DNA of 62,243 nt, counting the filler. It is 8 parts of 8 records of this genome, joined end to end, with 100 filler letters (N's around TTAATTAATTAA, not from the genome) between each part and the next. Parts side by side here need not be neighbours in the genome. Positions count along the whole stretch, not along the records: positions 51,621 to 57,021 come from SRR31147125_30748; positions 57,122 to 62,243 come from SRR31147125_30763; 6 more parts are not named here. One strand, given 5' to 3'. Below are positions 54,519 through 62,243 of this stretch, in pieces. Each line of letters starts with the position of its first letter. Position 1 is the first letter of the stretch. Made by a program: the position numbers and the translations under genes. The notes below the pieces were generated by a model. That model worked only from the letters and a program-made list of their open reading frames with translations. It ran no database searches and was not told the origin of the DNA.

Positions 54519-56930
54519 ATGTACGCAGAAAACACAGAATTAAACATCAATAACCAAATATCTACCAAAGAAATTCTTAATGATTTTTATATCGCAACTT
54601 TAAGCCGGCAATTGAGTATTCTTGGCCGGCGAGAGGTTCATAACGGCCGTGCTCATTTTGGCATTTTTGGCGATGGCAAAGAAGTGGCACAAATTGCTTA
54701 TGCCAAAACCTTCAGAAAAGGAGATTGGCGTTCGGGATATTACCGCGACCAAACTTTTATGCTGGCGCTTGGCTTGCTTCAGCCCGAAGAGTTTTTTGCA
54801 ATGATTTACGGCGATACCGACGATGCTATTAATCCATCAACCGGAGGTAGAAATTTTAATAACCATTTCAGCACCAGAAACATTAACGATAAAGGCGAAA
54901 TGAAAAATCTTGCCGACCAGTTTAATTCTGCATCCGATATTTCTCCAACAGCCGGACAAATACCGCGTTTACTAGGATTGGCACAGGCATCGAAGATTGT
55001 AAGGAAGCAACCAGAGTTGAAAAACAAATTGAATAACAATATTTCGGGGAATGAAGTTTCGTTTGGTAGCATTGGCGATGCCAGTACCTCGGAAGGTATT
55101 TTCTTCGAAACCATTAATGCAGCAGGAGTAATGCAAGTTCCGCTGGCTGTTGCCGTGTACGACGATGGTTTTGGCATTAGCGTTCCCATTGAGTTACAAA
55201 CCACAAAATCGAGCATTTCGGAAGCCTTAAAAGGGTTCGAGAAAAAAGCCGGAACCAATGGAATTAAAATATATAAATGCAAGGGATGGGATTACCCGGG
55301 ATTGGTAAAAACGTTTAAAAACGGAATCGATTTTTGCAGGAAAACCCACACTCCGGTTCTTTTTCATATAAACGAAGTAACCCAACCACAGGGACATTCC
55401 ACATCGGGTTCGCACGAGCGTTATAAAAGTAAGCAACGCCTTAACTGGGAGAAGCAATACGATGGCCTTATAAAAATGCGCGAATGGCTTTTAGAAAATG
55501 GAATTGCTGACATAGAAATGATCAGCGAGATTGAGCAATCGGCAAAAAGACGTGCGAAAGATGCCAAACAAAAAGCATGGAAAAATTACACCCAGGGGTA
55601 TAAAAAAGAAAGCGAAAGCATAAAAATAATTCTGAATAAAATCGACTCAAAAACAGACCTTCAAAGTTTACGACGTTTCGAAAAGGTTACCAATAAAATC
55701 TTCCCCACCCGACGTTCTCATGTAAGTTTTGCCAAACGCCTGAATCTCGAAATTCATCAAAATCCGGAACTTCAAACTGAGCGAGTTGAACTAAAAAACT
55801 GGATTAAACAATTTGAAGAACGTACTGCCGGTTTTTATAATGGCAATTTACACAGAACCGGTTCTGATTCGACATTGAAAGTTGAAGTGGTTCCGGTTGA
55901 TTACGATAAAAATTCTGTTGATGTAAATGGAGCGGTGGTAATCAATAAAAACTTCGATGCTTTATTTACCAAATATCCGAACCTGGTAACTTTTGGAGAA
56001 GATACCGGTAAACTGGGCGATGTGAACCAGGGCATGAAAGGCATGCAGGAAAAATATGGGGTATCGAGAGTTGAAGATACCGGCATTCGCGAAGCAACCA
56101 TTATTGGACAAGGAATAGGATTAGCTTTGCGCGGGTTTCGCCCCATTGCAGAAATTCAATATCTCGATTATCTAATTTACGCCCAGTCGCAACTTAGTGA
56201 TGATTTGGCCACCTTGCAATACCGTACCAAAGGCAAACAGGCTGCTCCGGTAATTGTGCGTACCCGCGGTCATCAGTTACAAGGAATATGGCACGCTGGT
56301 TCGCCCATGCAAATGCTGTTGGGCTCGTTGCGGGGAATGTATTTATGTGTTCCGCGAAACCTGACACAGGCTGCAGGATTTTACAATACCTTACTTGAAG
56401 GAAACGATCCGGCTTTGGTAATTGAACCACTAAAAGGCTACAATGTTAAGGAAAAGCTCCCTTCTAATCATGGTGAATACAAAGTACCGCTTGGAGTACC
56501 GGAGATTATGCGCAAAGGTAACGATGTTACTGTGGTTACTTATGCCTGGAATGTTCATCATGCATTAAAAGCAGCTAAAGTTTTACAGGACTTTAAAGGA
56601 ATTTCTATTGAAGTTATAGATGTTCAAACCCTAATGCCTTTTGATGTAAATCATATCATTCTTGGATCGATAAAAAAGACCAACAAAGTTATATTTATGG
56701 ATGAAGATGTTCCGGGAGGAGGAACTGCTTACATGATGCAAAAAGTGCTGGAAGAACAAAAAGCATTTAATTACCTCGACACCGCACCTCGAACACTTTC
56801 AGCAATGGAACACCGTCCGGCCTACGGAATAGACGGCGAATATTTTTCGAAACCAAACGTTGAACGACTTTTCAGAAATATTTATGAAATTATGAGGGAA
56901 GTTGATCCCAAACATTTCCCCGAATTATAA
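54519..56930 (+). CDS. 2-oxoacid dehydrogenase E1 alpha/beta fusion (Bacteroidota type)
   Basis: GDGKEVAQ, GYYRDQT, GDASTSEG ThDP motif, GHSTSGSH, GEDTGKLGDVNQG, DTGIREATI, AEIQYLDY. Confidence 0.92.
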   Translation: MYAENTELNINNQISTKEILNDFYIATLSRQLSILGRREVHNGRAHFGIFGDGKEVAQIAYAKTFRKGDWRSGYYRDQTFMLALGLLQPEEFFAMIYGDTDDAINPSTGGRNFNNHFSTRNINDKGEMKNLADQFNSASDISPTAGQIPRLLGLAQASKIVRKQPELKNKLNNNISGNEVSFGSIGDASTSEGIFFETINAAGVMQVPLAVAVYDDGFGISVPIELQTTKSSISEALKGFEKKAGTNGIKIYKCKGWDYPGLVKTFKNGIDFCRKTHTPVLFHINEVTQPQGHSTSGSHERYKSKQRLNWEKQYDGLIKMREWLLENGIADIEMISEIEQSAKRRAKDAKQKAWKNYTQGYKKESESIKIILNKIDSKTDLQSLRRFEKVTNKIFPTRRSHVSFAKRLNLEIHQNPELQTERVELKNWIKQFEERTAGFYNGNLHRTGSDSTLKVEVVPVDYDKNSVDVNGAVVINKNFDALFTKYPNLVTFGEDTGKLGDVNQGMKGMQEKYGVSRVEDTGIREATIIGQGIGLALRGFRPIAEIQYLDYLIYAQSQLSDDLATLQYRTKGKQAAPVIVRTRGHQLQGIWHAGSPMQMLLGSLRGMYLCVPRNLTQAAGFYNTLLEGNDPALVIEPLKGYNVKEKLPSNHGEYKVPLGVPEIMRKGNDVTVVTYAWNVHHALKAAKVLQDFKGISIEVIDVQTLMPFDVNHIILGSIKKTNKVIFMDEDVPGGGTAYMMQKVLEEQKAFNYLDTAPRTLSAMEHRPAYGIDGEYFSKPNVERLFRNIYEIMREVDPKHFPEL

Positions 56931-57021
56931 TTCGGTTTAATTAACCAACTCTTTAACCCGGATTACTGTTAGAACTTCGTAATGAGAGCGGAAATACGAT
57001 AAAACAAGAACTTGCTGAAAC

Positions 57022-57121
57022 NNNNNNNNNNNNNNNNNNNNNNNNNNNNNNNNNNNNNNNNNNNNTTAATTAATTAANNNNNNNNNNNNNNNNNNNNNNN
57101 NNNNNNNNNNNNNNNNNNNNN
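57022..57121. other. Artificial contig linker
   Basis: N44-TTAATTAATTAA-N44. Confidence 0.99.
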
Positions 57122-57599
57122 TTTTCAATTCGATATCCACGCGGATGTGGATGTAAAGTTGATTGGAGAAAAAGAATTTGAAGTTGTTGAGATTGGAACC
57201 GGAAGGACATTAACCAATGGAAACGATTTAGCAATTCTTACTATTGGAACAACAGGAATTGATGCTTCAAGAGCAATTAAATCCATGCAAAGGGAGGGGC
57301 ACAGCATTGCTCATTATGACATGCGCTTTATTAAACCGTTGGACGAAAAACTCCTCCACCAGGTTTTTAACAAATTCAACAAAATAATAACCATTGAAGA
57401 TGGGGTAATCCAAGGTGGCTTTGGATCTGCAGTTCTTGAATTTATGGTCGAAAACAAGTATGACGCAAGAGTTATACGTCTTGGAGTTCCTGATCGTTTT
57501 ATTGAACACGGCACTACTGACGATTTGCAACGTGAATGCGGATTCGATCAGAAAGCAATTTACCAGTCTGCTATTGATTTACTTGGTTCTGAATTGTAA
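57122..57599 (+). CDS. dxs: 1-deoxy-D-xylulose-5-phosphate synthase, C-terminal part (5' truncated; one extra A at 57169-57173)
   Basis: IRYPRG, DMRFIKPLDE, TIEDG..GGFGSAV, LGVPDRFIEHG. Confidence 0.92.
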
Positions 57600-57658
57600 A
57601 TTGGCAATACTTTATTACAGAATCGTTCGTTATGCAAGCAAACCAAAACTAATAACCG

Positions 57659-58804
57659 TTGGAAGTCTATTTTAAAAAACGCCGTTGGAAGATACTTTTA
57701 ATACTTAGCGCCTTTCTTATTGGTTCTGTAAGCCTATTTTATACTAACTGGCTTGTTAAAAAGATGGCAACTGAAGAGCGTAATAATGTAGCTCTCTGGG
57801 CTGAAGCCACAAAGCAATTAGTCCATTCAAACGAAGACTTATCATTTCCTCTTTTTGTCACTCAAAACAACACAAATATCCCAATCATACTAACCGATAG
57901 CTTAGATAATGTGATCGTTGTGAATAATATTATTTACACTGAAAATAACAAACAGCAGGTTTTAAGCAGGGAATTAAAAAAAATGAAGGATTACGCACCA
58001 GCAATAGAGGTAGTCATCTCTGAAACAAAAACACAATATCTTTATTATCGAGAATCAATCCTTCTTCAAAATCTAAGATATTTCCCATTGGTTCAATTTG
58101 CTGTAATTGCAATTTTTATAATTGTAGCCTACTTTGCTTTTAGCTCTTCACGTAAGGCTGAACAAAATCAGGTTTGGGTAGGCATGTCGAAAGAAACAGC
58201 CCATCAACTTGGCACACCAATCTCATCTCTACTCGCATGGATTGAGATTCTAAAAATGCAAGATGTTAAAGAAGAAATTATTACCGAATTTGAAAAAGAT
58301 ATTAATAGGCTCGAAAAAATAACTGAACGTTTTTCAAAAATTGGCTCTGCTCCAGAATTACTCACTGATGACTTACGCGATGTGATTCTTTCAACAGTTA
58401 ACTATCTAGAAAGCAGATCATCTAAAAAGATACAATTCATTCTTGATTTTGGAAAAGATCAGCACTATTTTGCCCCATATAATGCCGCATTATTTAGCTG
58501 GGTTATCGAAAATTTATGCAAGAATGCAATTGATGCTCTTAATAATGTTGGAACTATTGGGCTGCACCTCTTTGAGAAAAATGACCAAATTGTCCTTGAT
58601 GTTAGCGACAACGGCAAAGGAATTCAGAAAAGTCAGCATAAAACAATTTTCGATCCTGGATTTACCACAAAGAAACGAGGTTGGGGACTTGGTCTTTCAT
58701 TGGCTAAACGAATTATCGAGAATTATCACAATGGGAAGATTTTCATTAAACAGTCTGAACCTGGACGGGGAACTACATTTAGGATCACACTACCGAAAGC
58801 CTGA
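57659..58804 (+). CDS. Sensor histidine kinase (Bacteroidota type)
   Basis: Two TM helices, VWVGMSKETAHQLGTP, NLCKNAIDA, DNGKG, GFTTKKRGWGLGL. Confidence 0.92.
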   Translation: MEVYFKKRRWKILLILSAFLIGSVSLFYTNWLVKKMATEERNNVALWAEATKQLVHSNEDLSFPLFVTQNNTNIPIILTDSLDNVIVVNNIIYTENNKQQVLSRELKKMKDYAPAIEVVISETKTQYLYYRESILLQNLRYFPLVQFAVIAIFIIVAYFAFSSSRKAEQNQVWVGMSKETAHQLGTPISSLLAWIEILKMQDVKEEIITEFEKDINRLEKITERFSKIGSAPELLTDDLRDVILSTVNYLESRSSKKIQFILDFGKDQHYFAPYNAALFSWVIENLCKNAIDALNNVGTIGLHLFEKNDQIVLDVSDNGKGIQKSQHKTIFDPGFTTKKRGWGLGLSLAKRIIENYHNGKIFIKQSEPGRGTTFRITLPKA

Positions 58805-58927
58805 TTCTTTTCAACAGTTTGCTTCAAGTTAAATTATTGAGAAAAAGATTATTGTGAATGTCAACTCTGAAGTCAAATATTCATTGTTAAAAAGTTCAGT
58901 AAATTTTCGCTGTTTGTTTATTTTTTA

Positions 58928-58935
58928 TACTTTTG
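58928..58935 (+). promoter_or_regulatory. Bacteroidota -7 promoter element of yceD-rpmF
   Basis: TACTTTTG matches TAnnTTTG, 20 nt before the ATG. Confidence 0.55.
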
Positions 58936-58955
58936 CAACACTTTTTTGAGGAGCA

Positions 58956-59489
58956 ATGACACAATTGGTAAAATACAACATTGCATTTAAAGGACTCGCG
59001 GAGGGAACTCACGAGTTTGATTATGTGATTGAGAAAAAGTTTTTTGAGTTTTTTGCCGGAGGAATTGCAGAAGATGGCTATACGAATGTAAAAGTCACCC
59101 TCGAAAAACAAAGTACATTAATGGTTCTTTGGTTTTATGTAAGCGGAACAGTAAATATTCAGTGCGATCGATGCCTGGATAATTTTGACCAACCTATTGA
59201 AAGTGAAAATAAAATCTTCATTAAAAACGGTGAAGAGACTTTTAATGAAGGAGATGATGTTATTTGGGTTGGTCAAGGGGATAATGTAATTAATGTTGCG
59301 AAATTGATTTACGATTTTATCATTTTATCAATTCCCATCAAACAGGTTCATCCTGAGAAACCAGATGGGAAAAGCAACTGCAATCCTAAAATGCTTGAAA
59401 AACTAAACACCATTGAAACATCGGACAGTGATATAAAAGAAACTGATTCGAGATGGGACGAATTGAAAAAATTATTAGATAACAAATAA
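58956..59489 (+). CDS. yceD: YceD/DUF177 family protein
   Basis: CDRC, LSIP, DSRWDELKKL; directly upstream of rpmF. Confidence 0.9.
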   Translation: MTQLVKYNIAFKGLAEGTHEFDYVIEKKFFEFFAGGIAEDGYTNVKVTLEKQSTLMVLWFYVSGTVNIQCDRCLDNFDQPIESENKIFIKNGEETFNEGDDVIWVGQGDNVINVAKLIYDFIILSIPIKQVHPEKPDGKSNCNPKMLEKLNTIETSDSDIKETDSRWDELKKLLDNK

Positions 59490-59499
59490 AGATTTTAAA

Positions 59500-59685
59500 A
59501 TGGCACATCCAAAACACAAAACATCTAAATCCAGAAGGGATAAGAGAAGAACGCATTACAAGACTACGCCAGCAACATTGGCTTCTTGTTCTAACTGCGG
59601 TACTACTGTGAAATATCACACCGTTTGTCCGGAATGTGGTTACTACAGAGGGAAATTGGCTATCGAAAAAGACGTTACTGTTTAA
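59500..59685 (+). CDS. rpmF: 50S ribosomal protein L32
   Basis: MAHPKHKTSKSRRDKRRTH, CxxC..CxxCGYYRG. Confidence 0.97.
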   Translation: MAHPKHKTSKSRRDKRRTHYKTTPATLASCSNCGTTVKYHTVCPECGYYRGKLAIEKDVTV

Positions 59686-59698
59686 TACTCGATAATAT

Positions 59699-59730
59699 GA
59701 TCAGAAGCTTAAAACTTCTGATCTTTTTTT
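59699..59730 (+). terminator. Intrinsic terminator after rpmF
   Basis: GATCAGAAG-cttaaaa-CTTCTGATC followed by T7. Confidence 0.85.
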
Positions 59731-59919
59731 GCTCACCCAATTAAATTTTTGAACATTTTAATTGATTGTTTTAAAACGACTTACAGCAATTCTTTTGCCT
59801 TTTTTTCTTTGTTCTTCAATTTTTTCACCCTATCTTTCGGCTTGATTTTTTTAACTTCTTTTAATGATTACAACTAACAACAAATTAGCTGTATATCAGA
59901 TTGATAAAAGTATTTTATT

Positions 59920-60915
59920 ATGCAAAATATTCATGCTGCAATTACAGGCATTGGAGCATTTTTACCCGAGTATCGACTAACAAATGATGAAATAAGCACC
60001 ATGGTCGACACTTCTGACGAGTGGATCATGCAGCGAATCGGGATTAAAGAACGGCGGATAATGAAGGAAAACGACAAAGCAACCTCAGATATGGGAGTGC
60101 TGGCCGTCAATCAACTTCTAAAGAAAACAAACACTAGCCCGGAAGAAATCGATTTATTGATTTGTGCAACCATAACACCGGACAGACCCTTTCCTGCAAC
60201 AGCAAACATAATTAGTCGAAAAGCACGACTAGTCAATGCATGGAGTTACGACATTAGTGCTGCATGTTCTGGTTTTGTTTTTGCACTTACGACTGCGGCA
60301 TCTTTTGTTGAAAGCGGACGTTATAAAAAAGTGGTTGTTATTGGAGCAGATATGATGTCAGCGATTACTGATTATACCGACCGAAATACCTGCCCTCTTT
60401 TTGGAGATGGAGCTGCTGCTGTTCTCCTTGAACCTACGAATGAAAACATTGGGGTAATTGATCACATTAACCGTACCGATGGAAAAGGCAGACACTACCT
60501 GCATATGAAAGCTGGCGGCTCAAAAAGACCTGCATCCACTGAAACGATTGAAAATCGCGAACATTTTGTCCATCAAGATGGGAAAACGGTTTTTAAATAT
60601 GCTGTTTCCAGAATGGCAGATGTTGCTGTTGAAATCATGAAGAAAAATAATATCAGCCCCGAAGAACTTGCATGGTTAGTTCCTCACCAGGCAAACATGC
60701 GTATAATTGATGCTGTTGCTCGCCGTATGGAGATAAGCCCCGAGCAAGTCATGATCAATATTGAAAAATATGGAAATACAACTGCAGCAACAATACCACT
60801 TTGCCTGTATGATTATGAAAAGAAATTAAAAAAAGGAGATAATATCATTCTTGCCGCATTTGGAGCCGGATTTACCTGGGGCTCTGTTTATTTAAAATGG
60901 GCGTATAATTCTTAA
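59920..60915 (+). CDS. fabH: 3-oxoacyl-ACP synthase III
   Basis: [33 protein letters not shown]. Confidence 0.96.
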   Translation: MQNIHAAITGIGAFLPEYRLTNDEISTMVDTSDEWIMQRIGIKERRIMKENDKATSDMGVLAVNQLLKKTNTSPEEIDLLICATITPDRPFPATANIISRKARLVNAWSYDISAACSGFVFALTTAASFVESGRYKKVVVIGADMMSAITDYTDRNTCPLFGDGAAAVLLEPTNENIGVIDHINRTDGKGRHYLHMKAGGSKRPASTETIENREHFVHQDGKTVFKYAVSRMADVAVEIMKKNNISPEELAWLVPHQANMRIIDAVARRMEISPEQVMINIEKYGNTTAATIPLCLYDYEKKLKKGDNIILAAFGAGFTWGSVYLKWAYNS

Positions 60916-60935
60916 CAAACTGAACAGCAACAACT

Positions 60936-61403
60936 ATGAGTCGTCATCTAATTAAAAGTCATCAGGATTTTGAGAAATTCTTGGGAGAAAAGATCGGTGT
61001 TTCTGCTTATCACACAATCACTCAGGATCAAATTAATAAATTTGCAGATGCCACTATTGATCACCAATGGATACACACCGATCCAGAGCGTGCAGCAAAA
61101 GAAGGTGCATTTGGAAAAACGATAGCTCATGGCTACCTCACACTTTCTCTGCTTCCTATGATGTGGGACCAGGTTGTGCAAGTCGAAAATTTCAAGATGC
61201 TGGTGAACTATGGAGTTGATAGATTTAAGTTTGGTCAACCCGTATTGGTTGACAGTCGAGTACGCACGCATGTTTGGCTAAAGGGAATTACAAACTTAAG
61301 AGGAATCAGCAAGGTTCAGCTTAAAGTCTCAATGGAAATTGAAGGAAATAGAAAGCCTGCCTTTGATGGGGAAATGATTTTCTTATATCATTTCAACAAT
61401 TAA
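60936..61403 (+). CDS. MaoC-family (hot-dog fold) dehydratase
   Basis: FADATIDHQWIHTD, TIAHGYLTLS, VNYG. Confidence 0.9.
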   Translation: MSRHLIKSHQDFEKFLGEKIGVSAYHTITQDQINKFADATIDHQWIHTDPERAAKEGAFGKTIAHGYLTLSLLPMMWDQVVQVENFKMLVNYGVDRFKFGQPVLVDSRVRTHVWLKGITNLRGISKVQLKVSMEIEGNRKPAFDGEMIFLYHFNN

Positions 61404-61452
61404 ATAAAATCAATCCATCTTTTTTTAACACGTCAAAAACTAAAATAGAAAG

Positions 61453-61491
61453 GCTTTCGTTCCTTAAAACAACGAAAGCTTATTATATTTG
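61453..61491 (+). promoter_or_regulatory. Inverted repeat (terminator or operator) next to a Bacteroidota -7 element
   Basis: GCTTTCGTT-N9-AACGAAAGC at 61453-61479, then TATATTTG at 61484-61491. Confidence 0.5.
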
Positions 61492-61511
61492 ATGGTTCTG
61501 AAAAAAAGATC

Positions 61512-61895
61512 ATGGCAAAGACTTACACAGATGTAGACTCTCAGGCAATTAACCTGATAGGAAAAGGTACTAAAATCACTGGCGATATAATTTCCGATGG
61601 TGATATTCGCATTGACGGTGAATTGACCGGAAACCTGCAATGTAGCGGAAGAATGGTTATTGGCACTTCAGGTAAAGTAAATGGCGAAATCAGTTGTAAA
61701 AATGCTGATGTTTCGGGTTATATGAAGGGGAAAATGTCAGTTGACCAACTTCTAAGTTTAAAATCATCGAGCAAAGTATACGGTGAAGTTCAAACTGGAA
61801 AAATCAGCATTGAACCCGGAGCAATGTTCTCTGGATCTTGCCTAATGGGTGAGCAAGTAAAAAATGAAGTCAAAAAAGGAGCTGAAAAAGCCTAA
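61512..61895 (+). CDS. Bactofilin (polymer-forming cytoskeletal protein)
   Basis: IGKGTKITGDI..DIRIDG..GEI..IEPGAMFSG beta-helix pattern. Confidence 0.92.
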   Translation: MAKTYTDVDSQAINLIGKGTKITGDIISDGDIRIDGELTGNLQCSGRMVIGTSGKVNGEISCKNADVSGYMKGKMSVDQLLSLKSSSKVYGEVQTGKISIEPGAMFSGSCLMGEQVKNEVKKGAEKA

Positions 61896-62085
61896 AAAGA
61901 AGATTGACCATTTTATTCGTTATTCTAGTCTCGCATTTGAAATGGTTGCCATCATGGTACTTGGCGTTTTTGCAGGGTATAAAATTGATGAATGGCTTGA
62001 TTTGTCCTTCCCCATATTCACATTATTGCTTATGATTATTGCTGTTGCTGCTGCAATCTATCATGCCATTAAAAATTTTCTATGA
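61864..62085 (+). CDS. AtpZ/AtpI family protein
   Basis: RYSSLAFEM..GYKIDEWL, two TM helices; follows bactofilin as in Bacteroidota atp operons. Confidence 0.85.
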   Translation: MKSKKELKKPKKKIDHFIRYSSLAFEMVAIMVLGVFAGYKIDEWLDLSFPIFTLLLMIIAVAAAIYHAIKNFL

Positions 62086-62243
62086 TGAATCCGTTAATGA
62101 AACGTTTTTTAGCTCGTACAATTACATTATCAACCATTCTTTTAATTACAGGCTATATAACTTACAGCCAAGCAATTCCACAACATTTTCATTTTTCACT
62201 GCCAATTGCTCTATTTTTTCTTTCTAATAACAAACCTTGTTCA
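62082..62243 (+). CDS. Membrane protein of the atp operon (ATP synthase I-like), 3' truncated; absent from the ORF track
   Basis: ATGA overlap with atpZ; open hydrophobic frame MMNPLMKRFLARTITLSTILL.. to the window end. Confidence 0.6.
   Translation, partial: MMNPLMKRFLARTITLSTILLITGYITYSQAIPQHFHFSLPIALFFLSNNKPCS

Overview
The window is not one locus. It is eight unrelated contigs joined by 100-bp artificial linkers (N44-TTAATTAATTAA-N44) at 11114, 20933, 31793, 38529, 46368, 51521 and 57022, so it is probably metagenomic. (1) 1-11113: rpsO, a GldA/GldF/GldG/DUF4340-like ABC operon, pnp, M16 peptidase, ald, polysaccharide deacetylase, MerR and a partial tRNA-Pro. (2) 11214-20932: Wzy-type exopolysaccharide cluster with an Xre HTH gene, an ExeA-like ATPase and a BY-kinase with a degenerate Walker A. 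(3) 21033-31792: CAZyme cluster (T9SS-type CTD, heparinase II/III-like lyase, GH92, GH29, alpha-galactosidase-like protein, GH38). (4) 31893-38528: low-GC, Clostridia-like; an EVE-HNH protein with a degenerate nuclease site, mutS2, an OmpR/HK pair and htrA. (5) 38629-46367: glycosyltransferase cluster with GT-C, GT2, GT4 and a flippase. (6-8) Bacteroidota-like: a 1426-aa repeat protein, a Cache-domain pentameric ligand-gated ion channel, an E1 alpha/beta fusion, dxs, yceD-rpmF-fabH-MaoC, bactofilin and the start of the atp operon. At least nine genes carry single-base indels in homopolymer runs, most likely sequencing errors, and are reported here as single genes. The best leads are the Cache-pLGIC, the apparently nuclease-dead EVE-HNH protein and the Xre/ExeA/pseudo-kinase module. 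All family calls come from motif recognition by eye; no database searches were run.
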